A stretch of DNA of 64,000 bases from Candidatus Nanoarchaeia archaeon (GCA_035288805.1 DATDZG010000023.1:15669-79668); one strand, 5' to 3'; shown: positions 53,036-63,660, numbered from the stretch's first letter. Made by a program: numbers and translations. Notes: a model not told the origin generated them from the letters alone.

Positions 53036-56000
53036 TTAAATACTCGTCGTATTGCTCACATTGAGCTGGATAAGCCGTATTTCTGTAGTATTCCTGTTTG
53101 CTGCTTTATCCGTCAATGTAACATTGTAAAAGTAACCCACCCCTGTAAGATTAGCAACCAAAGACGTCCAATTAAAAGTCCTAGTTGCTGTAGTAAGAAT
53201 AGTTTGATTAACAAGCGTGTGATTATTATAAAATAAACTGAAAGTAATATTCGCTTCATTCACCTCAGTAACATTAACAGAGGCATAAATCCATGTTCGG
53301 TTATACATCGTATTGTTTCCAGAAGTGGTGTTCCCATTAAAAGATATCACCGGGAGTATTGTATCAAATGTAACATTTCTCGTAGGACTGGAAACATTGG
53401 TTCCATTCCCTACAATGCCTGTAACATTGTAATAATAAAGAGTGTTGTTATTTGTAAGATACCATATAAGCGAAGAGGTGGTGCTTGTAACAGTCGTGCT
53501 GTTCAGGACAGCATGTGTGGAATTATATAACCGATAAGTAAGATTAGCAATTCCATTTCCAACACTCAGGTTTACCACAAACGAATTGGCGTTTATATAA
53601 GAATTATTCGCAAGTTGGGAAGAAGTAAACTGCATCGTTATATTGGTAGTATTGCTCGTAGAGTTCATTTCGATAATCCTGTACAAGGCTACAGTATTGT
53701 AATCATCATCATAACAGTTGTAGATAACAGAATAATCTTGGTCAGTAGTCAATATATTTCCAACGCCTTGCAAGTTGAAAGAATGATTCACCCCTCCTGT
53801 AGATAACCCAGGATATGGATGAGAGAAATAATGATAATTGTAAAACGTTCCATTGTAAAGGGTTTTATTGCATGTGCCAACTAAATTAGTATTGTTTGCT
53901 CCAACATTATCTGTATTTCCGCAATAATTTGCATAATAAGCATCATAGCTCTGGAAAACATAAGTGCAGGTAGCAGCTTCATTAGTAACAGCATTCAGAT
54001 AAAGGCTGCTCGAATTAACCTTATACCCATTGTACGGAGGAGCAACAAGGGTTAGATTTGGCGTAGTATTATCTTTAGCATAGAAATAACCTGTCTTTAA
54101 AGTGCTGGTTCCTAAGCTTCCTCTGACATTCACCCTAATAGCATGCTCTCCTCTGCTCCAGCTTCCTGAATTGAGAATACGAATGACCTGTCTGTTATCT
54201 GTTTTATTCGCAGAATTGCTCCATCCAACAGAAGAATACACCCTGCAATATTCACTATAACATCCAGGGTTATAAGCGTGCTGCACAGAAACCACGCTAA
54301 AATCCTGGTTCTGTCCTGAATTATTCTGTGCACCAACAGTAAAAGAAGCATTAGAATTAAATCCAACATAATATCCCCAAAAATTGCTTTCATTATAGTT
54401 ATCAAAATATCCTGTATAAGAAGCTCTCACTCTAAACCACGGTGCTGATTCTGCAGTTTTTGAATTAAGATTATTAGCATCACTAAGAACAAAGGTAAGG
54501 TAATGATATTCTTCACCCCATCCACCAGAAGGAACATGAACAGTCACATTCTGGCTGCTTGTTATCTTACAGCTAGAAGAGCTTGTCGAGGTGCAGTTCC
54601 CGATAGTAAATTGATAGTCTATGGTGTTCGGCCAAATCGTTTCATATACCCTAGTCAAATTTCCCGATGTGCTTCCCCCTCCAACAGGATTAGTTAAAGT
54701 AACAGGGATAGTTACATTTTGGGTCTGAGTAATAGCATCCTGGCTAGTCACTGTCCCAAAAGCAGTGCTGAATAAAGCAGCTCTAAAAGAAATCCAAACA
54801 TTCTTGCTTGTGTTTGTAGTATTATCATAAACCACGGCAACAAGATTTCCCCACCCGGGTATCCATCCTTGTGACAAAGGTGCAATACTCAAATTAGCAC
54901 TTCCGTTAAAGGTTATTGGATTATAATTCGTAACCGAAGTTCTGCTCCTCGAATTATAATCCCATGATTCCTGGTAAATCTCAGTGACAGTATAATTTCC
55001 CCACACAATGCTGTTGTTGCTCCAATCAGGATCCCGCACACTCAAAATCCCGCTTATATTATTAGAAGTCCCAATTGTATAACTGTCAGTAACATAATCA
55101 ACTCTAAACGACTGAACATTAAACCAAATATATCCTGTTGAAGTTTCGTTATCATCATTTATTAAGACCATGCTCCCATAATAATACCCAGAAGGCCACG
55201 TTCCTGAAGAATGATTCAAAGAAACAATTCTGCTGTAATTAATTGTAGTATGTGTTGCATTAGTCACATTAAAATCCGCAGGATACTTTAACTCCGTATA
55301 TGTATAATCGGTATCGCTCCATCTATTCAGCTTAATATCTTTTACAGTAGTATTAACATAATCAGTAATCCCTGTAGTAACATTATGCGTGTAGCCGTTT
55401 TTATAACCTTTCGTAGTGGTTATTAAAAAATGCACAGGTCCAGATCCTTTATGATTATATTTATAAGCCCCCTTAATATCGACAGGCTGTGTATTGACAT
55501 AAAAAGCAATTGTATTAAACCATCCATACCCGGTCTCTGTTCCGTTAAGGTCTAGCACAACATTATAATACCCGCTGTTCCACGTCCCATTAAGGTTTGT
55601 AATGTTCAGCAAATAACCTGAATGACCTGTTTTAGTCGCACTGCTATACCATGGGCTTGAAGCATTAACATTGATTACGGTAGCGTTATACGTATTCTTA
55701 TCCATCTCACGTGCAGGATAACTGCTATAGTCCATAATCTTCTTGACGGTAACTGTAATATTGCTTTTATCATTCACGAGTGCAGATCCTCCAGATGTCC
55801 ACCCATAATCACCTGCACTAGTAATCCTCACATAGAGTGTAACATTCTGCTTAGAACCAAAATAGCTCTTATAATCAAATCCACTGGAAGTAAGCTCAAC
55901 AGGGCTTGCATAACTATCCCAATTTCTAACCTCGAACCATGCCTGCCCAAAATCAGTATTTCCTCCACTCTCTGTTCCTCTAAGTACAACACTATAACTT

Positions 56001-58510
56001 CCTGAATCCCAGCTCTTTTTTCCAGCAAGAGAAACATTAAGGTATAATGTGCCAGAGCCAGAAGTAATTGTAGTATCATTTACACCTGTAAGGTTATAAT
56101 CATACACAACAGGAGGCCATATCCACTCTCCTTGTCTTCCATAATATTCAATCTTTTCAACCTTCACGCTTCCGCTCAACCCGCTCGTTCCAACGCTGTT
56201 CCACCAATTAGTTCCTGCCTGATACATACGCAAGTTAAAAGTAATATTCCCACCAGGTTGATTCAGCCATTTATCACCCCAGGCCCAAATATAAAATGCC
56301 CTAGATTCAAACAGTCCATAAGCAATATCCGAAGTTTTGCCATCCTGACCAAGAATCTTTAGTTTCACACTATATCTCCCTCCATCCCAGCTGTCATTTG
56401 CATGCCTAATCGTACAGGTATATCCTCCACTTTCATCATCCGATTTGCATGTTGAAGCAGAAAGGTTCAAATTTGCTTTAACTCCTGCCTGAGTATTTAC
56501 AACATCTTCTACACTTAGCGTGGCATTGTTCACAACTTGTTTTTTCGTTGTATCGAAACTACATGCAGTTCCCATACCGTAGTTGCTGCCTTCTCTATAA
56601 GTACTTGTCCCATTAGAACTTTGCGACTTTCCCAAAGGATTATCTGCCTGCACAAGTTTAACTTCAAAATAAATAATATCAGAAGCTTTATATTGCCATG
56701 CATAATAGCTTCCAGATCCAACACTTCCAGCAGTTGTTTTTGCAACTATACAAGTATCATAAGGATTAACAACAAATCTTACATTTCCAACAACTGTCCC
56801 ATTATCCGAAGACACCCTTGCAAAATAGCTTCCTCCTCCTTTAGGTACATCAATCTTCAATCGTTGATGAGTAATATTCCACGCCCATTCCAGCACATCA
56901 TTGCTCCCATTAACATTGTTCCAATTGCTCACTTCATTATAAGTAAGATAAGTCCCATTTTCATACAGCAGTGCATCCAGTTGCGAATATGTAACATTCA
57001 TATCATGGGTCTGATTCTTAGCTTTTACAGTAAAATAAACAAATTCAGAAGTGCCAAAAAGCTCTTTGAGCTGTCCCTCACTATCTCCAGGAATAATAGT
57101 CATAGTTGCATTGAGGATAGCAATCCCTCTCTCTGCAATCAGAATCTCATCACTATAGTTTACAGTCACACTCAATCTATAATTCCCAACAGCAGCAGGC
57201 AGTCTAATAGAATATTTATAACATCCCTGCTTCCCGCAGCTAAGATTAAAAGCAGTGCTGTTTGAACTGTTCAGAACAACTCCCAGACTATTTTTTAAAG
57301 TAAAATTAAAGAGTGCTTGGCTAAGATTAGCAAGCAAAGTCCCATTGACTCTCTCAACAGGAAACACATCAAAAGTAACAGATGTATTAGGAAAAACAGA
57401 ATATTCATAATCAAAACCAGAGCCGGTTTCTGCTTTTGCAAAACTCAAAGACCAATCTCTGACTTGGAAAGAAGTGCTTCTTATAACAACATTTCCCCCA
57501 TTATCAACGACCCTCACCCACACCATATAGTTACCATTGCTAAAATTATTGTTCAGCAAAAACTTAAAACTATTAGTGAATGAATTATTCATCGTCAAAG
57601 ATGTTGTATTAATAACCTGCAGCACACTCTCGCTCGAATTTGTCACATTCCCTGTAAAAGTATAACTTCCTGAAACAGGTGTAGTTCCATTAAAGCTTAT
57701 AGTAACTTCAACATTCGCTTCTTGATGAGGGTTGAAAAAACTTTTATACCTCGTCCCAGAATCATCTTTCATATAAACAACAGAATCATAAGGAATAACT
57801 CTAAACCCGCTTACCCCTGTGTAATTATTCACCTCCAAGATGTATTGCCCAACTGTCGAAGGCACAGTAATACCATTAACCATGCATCTCCCATCATTTC
57901 CTGTAGTACAGTTAAAACTGCTGACCAAAACTTTGGCAGACGTCCTAATGCTGCCCTGAACAGAAAGATTTGCAACAGCAAAAACACCATCTCCAATATT
58001 CCTGATTGTTTCAACAGCAATATTCAATGTTTCCCATCCATAATAACTAGTCTTATCAGAATAAACCCTAATATCATCAAGAGTTTGATTAGCTACAAAA
58101 AAGTCCATCCTAAAAGGCCAGCTGATATTATTGTCATCTTTATAAGTCAATAATAAATAATAATACCCTGTAGCACCAGGAGCAGTAATCAATCTCCCCC
58201 CAGGTTCATAATCACTTTGGGAATAATAACTTCCTGTAGAAGATGTATTCAGTGTAAAATTACTGAAATTCGCACCATTCCCCCCATTACGGATTGTAAC
58301 ATTTAAAGAGCTGATATTAGCCAAAGGGCTATAAATAGTAGCAGTTCCATTACTCGAGTTAACCGTTGCTTGAAATAAAACCCCTCTCAGGACAATTCTC
58401 TCAACAGGACCATAAATTCTTTTAGACAAACTTCCATCATTAGTAATCGTAACATTATCAGCAGCATCCGCTATTTGCATTAAAATCAGAAATATACCTA
58501 GAAAAAACAA
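53036..58510 (-). CDS. giant (1824 aa) secreted surface protein, extremely rich in N-x-S/T sequons (S-layer/adhesin-like glycoprotein)
   Basis: Signal peptide MFFLGIFLILMQIADA. Continuous ORF, N/T/S/Y/G-rich, repetitive beta-type segments, dozens of NxS/T sites. Confidence 0.75.
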   Translation of the reverse strand: MFFLGIFLILMQIADAADNVTITNDGSLSKRIYGPVERIVLRGVLFQATVNSSNGTATIYSPLANISSLNVTIRNGGNGANFSNFTLNTSSTGSYYSQSDYEPGGRLITAPGATGYYYLLLTYKDDNNISWPFRMDFFVANQTLDDIRVYSDKTSYYGWETLNIAVETIRNIGDGVFAVANLSVQGSIRTSAKVLVSSFNCTTGNDGRCMVNGITVPSTVGQYILEVNNYTGVSGFRVIPYDSVVYMKDDSGTRYKSFFNPHQEANVEVTISFNGTTPVSGSYTFTGNVTNSSESVLQVINTTSLTMNNSFTNSFKFLLNNNFSNGNYMVWVRVVDNGGNVVIRSTSFQVRDWSLSFAKAETGSGFDYEYSVFPNTSVTFDVFPVERVNGTLLANLSQALFNFTLKNSLGVVLNSSNSTAFNLSCGKQGCYKYSIRLPAAVGNYRLSVTVNYSDEILIAERGIAILNATMTIIPGDSEGQLKELFGTSEFVYFTVKAKNQTHDMNVTYSQLDALLYENGTYLTYNEVSNWNNVNGSNDVLEWAWNITHQRLKIDVPKGGGSYFARVSSDNGTVVGNVRFVVNPYDTCIVAKTTAGSVGSGSYYAWQYKASDIIYFEVKLVQADNPLGKSQSSNGTSTYREGSNYGMGTACSFDTTKKQVVNNATLSVEDVVNTQAGVKANLNLSASTCKSDDESGGYTCTIRHANDSWDGGRYSVKLKILGQDGKTSDIAYGLFESRAFYIWAWGDKWLNQPGGNITFNLRMYQAGTNWWNSVGTSGLSGSVKVEKIEYYGRQGEWIWPPVVYDYNLTGVNDTTITSGSGTLYLNVSLAGKKSWDSGSYSVVLRGTESGGNTDFGQAWFEVRNWDSYASPVELTSSGFDYKSYFGSKQNVTLYVRITSAGDYGWTSGGSALVNDKSNITVTVKKIMDYSSYPAREMDKNTYNATVINVNASSPWYSSATKTGHSGYLLNITNLNGTWNSGYYNVVLDLNGTETGYGWFNTIAFYVNTQPVDIKGAYKYNHKGSGPVHFLITTTKGYKNGYTHNVTTGITDYVNTTVKDIKLNRWSDTDYTYTELKYPADFNVTNATHTTINYSRIVSLNHSSGTWPSGYYYGSMVLINDDNETSTGYIWFNVQSFRVDYVTDSYTIGTSNNISGILSVRDPDWSNNSIVWGNYTVTEIYQESWDYNSRSRTSVTNYNPITFNGSANLSIAPLSQGWIPGWGNLVAVVYDNTTNTSKNVWISFRAALFSTAFGTVTSQDAITQTQNVTIPVTLTNPVGGGSTSGNLTRVYETIWPNTIDYQFTIGNCTSTSSSSCKITSSQNVTVHVPSGGWGEEYHYLTFVLSDANNLNSKTAESAPWFRVRASYTGYFDNYNESNFWGYYVGFNSNASFTVGAQNNSGQNQDFSVVSVQHAYNPGCYSEYCRVYSSVGWSNSANKTDNRQVIRILNSGSWSRGEHAIRVNVRGSLGTSTLKTGYFYAKDNTTPNLTLVAPPYNGYKVNSSSLYLNAVTNEAATCTYVFQSYDAYYANYCGNTDNVGANNTNLVGTCNKTLYNGTFYNYHYFSHPYPGLSTGGVNHSFNLQGVGNILTTDQDYSVIYNCYDDDYNTVALYRIIEMNSTSNTTNITMQFTSSQLANNSYINANSFVVNLSVGNGIANLTYRLYNSTHAVLNSTTVTSTTSSLIWYLTNNNTLYYYNVTGIVGNGTNVSSPTRNVTFDTILPVISFNGNTTSGNNTMYNRTWIYASVNVTEVNEANITFSLFYNNHTLVNQTILTTATRTFNWTSLVANLTGVGYFYNVTLTDKAANRNTTEIRLIQLNVSNTTSI

Positions 58511-58642
58511 TCCTTTTATCCAGAAACTAGCACCTCTTTTGATATAAAACGCTATACTCTAATAATATTTAAGCTTTATTAAAATATAAAGATTACCCAA
58601 TATAACATAAACATTTAAATAAATCCGAGTTATAAAAAAACA

Positions 58643-59017
58643 ATGCCTCTCTACACAACAATAAACAACTTTTTAATAAAATACATTTCAGAAGTAACAT
58701 TTATTTTAGTAACGCTCATTTACATTTTCACCCATAGATATGTTTTCCTCTTCCTTGAAAAAATAATAAGAGGGATGACAAATGCGATATTTGAAAACAA
58801 AGATTGGGTTGCAGGATTACTAAGATATATAGATTCTTTCTTTGTATTTATATTATCATTTTTAATCATCATTCCCTTAGGAAAAATACTCTTAGAAAAA
58901 TACTTAGAGCCATATCTGAAAAACGAATATCTAACCTGGATTTTCCTAGGCACTTTAGCCTTCTCATATCTCTATTACACCTTATTTTATAGTAAACACC
59001 TACACGGAGACAAGTAA
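58643..59017 (+). CDS. small membrane protein (hypothetical)
   Basis: 124 aa, 3 TM helices. Confidence 0.45.
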   Translation: MPLYTTINNFLIKYISEVTFILVTLIYIFTHRYVFLFLEKIIRGMTNAIFENKDWVAGLLRYIDSFFVFILSFLIIIPLGKILLEKYLEPYLKNEYLTWIFLGTLAFSYLYYTLFYSKHLHGDK

Positions 59018-59103
59018 GTTTCTTTTTCCAAGGTTTTTCTTTTTAAAGAAAAAGCTTTTCTATAGTAAGCATTTACATGGGGAGAAGTAAGTTTCTTTTT
59101 TAG
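58983..59103 (+). repeat. ~48-nt imperfect direct duplication covering the last 10 codons + stop of gene 58643-59017 and the following T-rich tract
   Basis: ttattttatagtaaacacctacacggagacaagtaagtttctttttcc vs cttttctatagtaagcatttacatggggagaagtaagtttcttttttag. Confidence 0.5.
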
Positions 59104-59178
59104 TACTGGTTCATGTGTTTTCTTTTTAGTGCAGGTTTTTCTTTTTGCTAAAAGAAAAAAGTGCATGGGGATAAATAA

Positions 59179-59463
59179 TTAGTAAGGAATTCCAATATTA
59201 ACCTTAAACTCTTCAACAGCTCTTTGAATCATAAGAGAAAGAGACTTGCGTGCTCTGGAAGAGCTTAAACAATATTGTTCTAAAGTATATTCGGGAAAAT
59301 GATACATTTCAATAACGGAGATATGACTATTTAATTCCATTCGCAGCTGGTCTCTACGATGATTCTCTTTCGCATCAGGGCTTCTTATAGCCAACTGATA
59401 TTCTACAGAAGAAAAAAGGTCAATAGCATTTCTGTTCTTCAAAAGTTCATAATAATCTATCAT
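59179..59463 (-). CDS. hypothetical protein
   Basis: 94-aa ORF. Confidence 0.35.
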   Translation of the reverse strand: MIDYYELLKNRNAIDLFSSVEYQLAIRSPDAKENHRRDQLRMELNSHISVIEMYHFPEYTLEQYCLSSSRARKSLSLMIQRAVEEFKVNIGIPY

Positions 59464-59513
59464 AACAAAAACAATGTAAAAAGACTTAAAAACCTTTCAG
59501 TCCTTTACCAAGT

Positions 59514-59876
59514 ATGACAGAATTAATAGCTTGCTTATCCTCTGGTAAAGGAACCTGGGGCCATGTAAACCAAGTAATAGAACAAGGCAATTTTACAAAA
59601 GCATTTCTCTTAACCAACGAATTCGGAATGGAAAACTTCAAACCCAATCAAAAAACAGAATTAATTTTAATCAACTCAAGGCAAGGTTTAAAAGAAATGA
59701 GAGATGAAATATATACAAAATTAAAAGACAAAATAAGTCAAGAAGAGGCCCATGTAGCAGTAAACATGGTTTCTGGCGAAGGCAAGGAGCACATGGCCTT
59801 ATTATCAGCATTATTAAAACTTGGTCTTGGAATCAGACAGATGGCATTAACAAAAGATGGAATTGAAGAGATTTAA
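59514..59876 (+). CDS. hypothetical protein
   Basis: 120-aa ORF. Confidence 0.4.
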   Translation: MTELIACLSSGKGTWGHVNQVIEQGNFTKAFLLTNEFGMENFKPNQKTELILINSRQGLKEMRDEIYTKLKDKISQEEAHVAVNMVSGEGKEHMALLSALLKLGLGIRQMALTKDGIEEI

Positions 59877-59908
59877 AATCAATGAAAGCAGAAATAAGAA
59901 TTCTTTGA

Positions 59909-60400
59909 TTACAAATCAGGATTAATCAACCAAGAATCAGAAGATATAATCTTGGGATAAGAAGAAAAATCTGCAGTCCTTATTTTTTCCTCAGAAAAAA
60001 AAGATATATCTCTCTTATAACCATTATCAAATTCCGCTTTCCAAAAAGAAGCAACATCTGCCAAAAATTCTCTGGCAGCTTGATGCAAAAGGTTATTCTT
60101 ACTATATCCCCCAACATTAAACTCTACATCATAACCGCAGAAAAAAGGTTCAATCCCAAAAGTCCTACGAGCCCGAACATCGCAAATAAGATTATCCTTC
60201 TTAGCTTCCAAAGCTCTATCATCTTCCCCAATAATAAGGAAGGGCACGTAAATTCTCCAAGCACGACATTCTGCTCCTTTTTCTTGAAAGATGGTTTTCA
60301 AACGATTAAGACAAACATCTTGCATAACTCTCATAATCCCTTTATAGTCTAAACCACCTCCACCTATTCTAAGCTCACCATAAATTCGCGTTTCAACCCC
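59909..60400 (-). CDS. hypothetical protein (downstream member of an overlapping gene pair)
   Basis: Start placed at the Met that gives an 8-nt overlap with the upstream gene; the ORF extends to 60556. Confidence 0.4.
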   Translation of the reverse strand, partial: GVETRIYGELRIGGGGLDYKGIMRVMQDVCLNRLKTIFQEKGAECRAWRIYVPFLIIGEDDRALEAKKDNLICDVRARRTFGIEPFFCGYDVEFNVGGYSKNNLLHQAAREFLADVASFWKAEFDNGYKRDISFFSEEKIRTADFSSYPKIISSDSWLINPDL

Positions 60401-60407
60401 CATAAAA

Positions 60408-61001
60408 TCACCATAAATCCTTTCTACCGAAAACTCGGTAAACATGATTAAGAAGATCGGCTCTTTGATTAACTCGCGGAGAATAAGAATATTTATTAGA
60501 TGGGTGATCCATGGAAATGCAAAGAAAGCAGGATTCGACGCCCTGATAACCGCCACTACCTATAGTGTGGGTAACATCCTTAACGTATCCTGCTTTTCTC
60601 CGATTCAAAAAAAGCGATTTGTCTTCTTTTGTTTGTTCTATAATCTCAATTAAAGATCCAGGAAGAATGTCCGGGGGTAAAGGAGAGGATTCCCAAGATT
60701 GAAATGCATTTGAAACATATCCTTCCTCGTTAGGGGCAGCTAAGATGTGGAAACCCGAAATATCACATTTCCTCAATTGTGAATTCCTAAAAAGATTAAA
60801 GGAATGTCCAGGGATTTGGGGAAAACATTTCGATAGGGTAATAGATTTCCTCTTATCTCTAACAACATACCCTATTCTGGTTTCTCTCCCCCTTTCAGAG
60901 GGCTTGTCATAAGAAGCACCACGAAACTCAAGCTCAACAAGGGTTCCTTCCTCAAAAAAAGTTGTTCCAGTATAATGTTCAATAAGCTCACTTCTGTTCA
61001 T
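60408..61001 (-). CDS. hypothetical protein
   Basis: 197-aa ORF. Confidence 0.45.
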   Translation of the reverse strand: MNRSELIEHYTGTTFFEEGTLVELEFRGASYDKPSERGRETRIGYVVRDKRKSITLSKCFPQIPGHSFNLFRNSQLRKCDISGFHILAAPNEEGYVSNAFQSWESSPLPPDILPGSLIEIIEQTKEDKSLFLNRRKAGYVKDVTHTIGSGGYQGVESCFLCISMDHPSNKYSYSPRVNQRADLLNHVYRVFGRKDLW

Positions 61002-61128
61002 ATGGAGATAGAGATATAGAGAAGATTTATACTCTCTTTACATTTTATATTAAAAACAAAAGTAACTAAACAAAAATATATAAAAATAAACGAAAAAGTT
61101 TATTAACTAAACAAAAAAGTAGAAATAC

Positions 61129-61950
61129 ATGGGACTGCCATATTTCAGCAAAGAAACAAAAACAAAAAGCAATATTCTTGAAATTCTATCACAAGAATGG
61201 CCGCTGACAGCAAAAAAGATATTCTTCAATACAAAGAAAAGCGCAAAGAGTGTTAGTTATCAAGCAGTATTCAAAGCACTTCAGGAGTTAGTAAAAGAAA
61301 AAGTGATAACAAAGGAGGGCAGAGAATATTACATCTCCCCCATCTGGACTCAAAAGTCAAATATTCTACTAAAAAATCTCCAAGAAAAATATGAAGAAAA
61401 AGGGTTAATCACCTCAAAGAAGGAGGTTGAAGAGTTAAATTTCCCAACAATGAAAGCCTTATGGGTTGATGTGATGACCAAACTAAAAAAAGGTTATTTC
61501 GGCGAATCAAAACAAATCTACATGAAATTAAATAGGTTATTCTTCCTCCCTTTTCCATCAGAAGACGTAACCTTCCTGAAAAAATATCTGAAAGACAAAG
61601 AAGTAATAATCTTCTGCAAAGACAACTCATTCCTGAGTCAATTCGTAAAAAAGTATTTAGAGAGTTTTAATGTCAAGATTTACCTAGGAGTCATAGGCAA
61701 GCCTTTAACAGAAGTTGATATTGGCGAATGTGTCCTTTACATGCATGACGAACCTGAAAGAAGGTTAGAAAAAGAAATCAATGATGCCTTCAAATTGAAA
61801 GAAACCAATGAAAAGTTCTGGCAATTCTATGGCAAGATATTTGACACGCAAAACCCATGCAAGCTTATCATCAGAAGAAACCCAGAGTTTGTAAGAAAAA
61901 ACAGGCAAGAGATGGAAGCATTATCCAAAAAAGTAAAAACCAAACCATAA
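61129..61950 (+). CDS. hypothetical protein with N-terminal wHTH-like segment
   Basis: 273-aa ORF. Confidence 0.45.
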   Translation: MGLPYFSKETKTKSNILEILSQEWPLTAKKIFFNTKKSAKSVSYQAVFKALQELVKEKVITKEGREYYISPIWTQKSNILLKNLQEKYEEKGLITSKKEVEELNFPTMKALWVDVMTKLKKGYFGESKQIYMKLNRLFFLPFPSEDVTFLKKYLKDKEVIIFCKDNSFLSQFVKKYLESFNVKIYLGVIGKPLTEVDIGECVLYMHDEPERRLEKEINDAFKLKETNEKFWQFYGKIFDTQNPCKLIIRRNPEFVRKNRQEMEALSKKVKTKP

Positions 61951-61985
61951 CAATCTTTATATCTTCCAAATTCTTTTCCTACATT

Positions 61986-62198
61986 ATGGAAATAAGATAC
62001 ACCCTTCATGCAGGGGAGCAAATAAAAGAAAGAAAAATACTAAAAGTTTGGGTTGAAGAAACAATAAAATCACCCAACAAGACAGAAAAAGAAAATAAAA
62101 AGTATTACGTTATCAAAAAATTAAACGGAAAAACATTAGAAGTCATCTATGTAAAAGAAAGCTATATAAAGGTAATCACCGCTTTCTTCTTAACATGA
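61986..62198 (+). CDS. DUF4258-family putative toxin
   Basis: MEIRYTLHAGEQIKERKI…KVITAF. Start at the internal Met of ORF 61857-62198. Confidence 0.5.
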   Translation: MEIRYTLHAGEQIKERKILKVWVEETIKSPNKTEKENKKYYVIKKLNGKTLEVIYVKESYIKVITAFFLT

Positions 62199-62401
62199 AA
62201 ATAAAATACGATGCGGATGCGGATGCGATGTATATCTTATTGAGGGAGGATAAAAGAGACCACACAAAACAGATAGAGAAAGATATAATTGCTGATTTTA
62301 ATAAAGAAGGCCAGGTTATTGGGGTAGAAATTCTTTTCGTCAAAGAGAAAAATCCTGAGCTTCTCGAGAAATTCCAAATTGAAAACTTAATACCTGCTTA
62401 A
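62195..62401 (+). CDS. DUF2283-family putative antitoxin
   Basis: MKIKYDADADAMYILL…GQVIGVEIL…. 4-nt overlap with the upstream gene. Confidence 0.6.
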   Translation: MKIKYDADADAMYILLREDKRDHTKQIEKDIIADFNKEGQVIGVEILFVKEKNPELLEKFQIENLIPA

Positions 62402-62443
62402 AAGCATAACAATCTTTATATCCCATTTCAACATCTCAAAGTT

Positions 62444-63502
62444 ATGGGTGTTTTTGACAAAATTCTAAAAGATTCAGAATCATTGTTCCAAAATGAACTG
62501 GCATTGGATTACACTTTCATTCCAAAGATTATCCCGTTTAGAGAGAACCAACAACAATATCTCGCTGGATGCATCAAACCTTTATTCCAAAAACGCACAG
62601 GAAAAAACATTTTAATAACAGGAAGCCATGGTATAGGAAAAACAGTCGCTGTAAAACATGTCTTAAAAGAACTTGAAGACCAAACAGAAGAAATCTCAAT
62701 TTTATACATAAACTGCTGGAAAAAAAATTCAAGTTACAAGGTCTTATTAGAACTATGCGATTTACTAAACATAAAATTCATTCAAAGCCTGACAACAGAA
62801 CAAGTAGCAAAACGAGTCTCATCAATTATCAATAAAAAACCAGCAGTAATCTGCTTAGACGAAATAGATAAATTAGAAAATCAGGATTTACTTTATCTTC
62901 TTTCAGAAGATATTTTCAAAAAAACAATCATCTTAATCACAAACGAGTATGATTTTCTCTCAAAACTCGACCCAAGGATAAAATCCAGATTAGCCTTGGA
63001 TATATTAGAGTTCAAACCTTATTCAGAAAAAGAAATGTATGAAATCTTAAAGCAAAGAATAGACTACGCTTTCCCTCCAAAAGTATTCCCTTTATTATCA
63101 TTAAAAGAAATATCAGAAATTGCATTCCAGGCAAAAGATGTCAGGTCTGGAATCTACTTATTAAAAGAATCAGGATTAATTGCAGAACAAGAATCATCCA
63201 GAGTAATTACGCAGGAGCATATTCAAAAATCAATAGAAAAATTCAAAGATTTCCAGGTCAAAGACAAACAGGAAACCCCTGAGCAAATCCAAGGCTTATT
63301 AGAATTCATAAAGCAAAATCAAAACAAAACCTCAACAGAATTATTCGATCTTTACGCTCCAAAGACTTCTTATCGAACATTCCATAGGAATCTGCAAAAA
63401 CTAGAATCCTCAGGTTTAATCAAATTAGAAGAAACAAACAAGGGCCCAGGCAAGTCAACCATAGTCAAGTTGCCATTGCAGGATACTCTAGATAAGTTCT
63501 AA
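62444..63502 (+). CDS. cdc6: Orc1/Cdc6 AAA+ replication initiator (short form)
   Basis: Walker A GSHGIGKT and Walker B CLDEID. C-terminal winged-helix region. Confidence 0.8.
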   Translation: MGVFDKILKDSESLFQNELALDYTFIPKIIPFRENQQQYLAGCIKPLFQKRTGKNILITGSHGIGKTVAVKHVLKELEDQTEEISILYINCWKKNSSYKVLLELCDLLNIKFIQSLTTEQVAKRVSSIINKKPAVICLDEIDKLENQDLLYLLSEDIFKKTIILITNEYDFLSKLDPRIKSRLALDILEFKPYSEKEMYEILKQRIDYAFPPKVFPLLSLKEISEIAFQAKDVRSGIYLLKESGLIAEQESSRVITQEHIQKSIEKFKDFQVKDKQETPEQIQGLLEFIKQNQNKTSTELFDLYAPKTSYRTFHRNLQKLESSGLIKLEETNKGPGKSTIVKLPLQDTLDKF

Positions 63503-63660
63503 TTCAACTTAATAATATATTCTAAATAATGTACATTACAAAGCGTATATCAAAAACAATAGACAAGTGACAAACACCCGCCCCAAGCTTATAAATCAAT
63601 CTTCATTATCTTATTTCAAGAGGGAAAAACCAAGAGTCCTTATCGCTTTGTGGTCGCACA

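Noticed and set aside
53615-58153. Numerous 60-240-aa ORFs inside or antisense to the giant surface-protein gene (e.g. 56537-57265, 57722-58153)
   Set aside because: Fully contained within an uninterrupted 5.5-kb ORF with a signal peptide and consistent composition. The antisense ORFs are Ile/Ser/Asn-rich artefacts of the N/T/S-rich coding strand.
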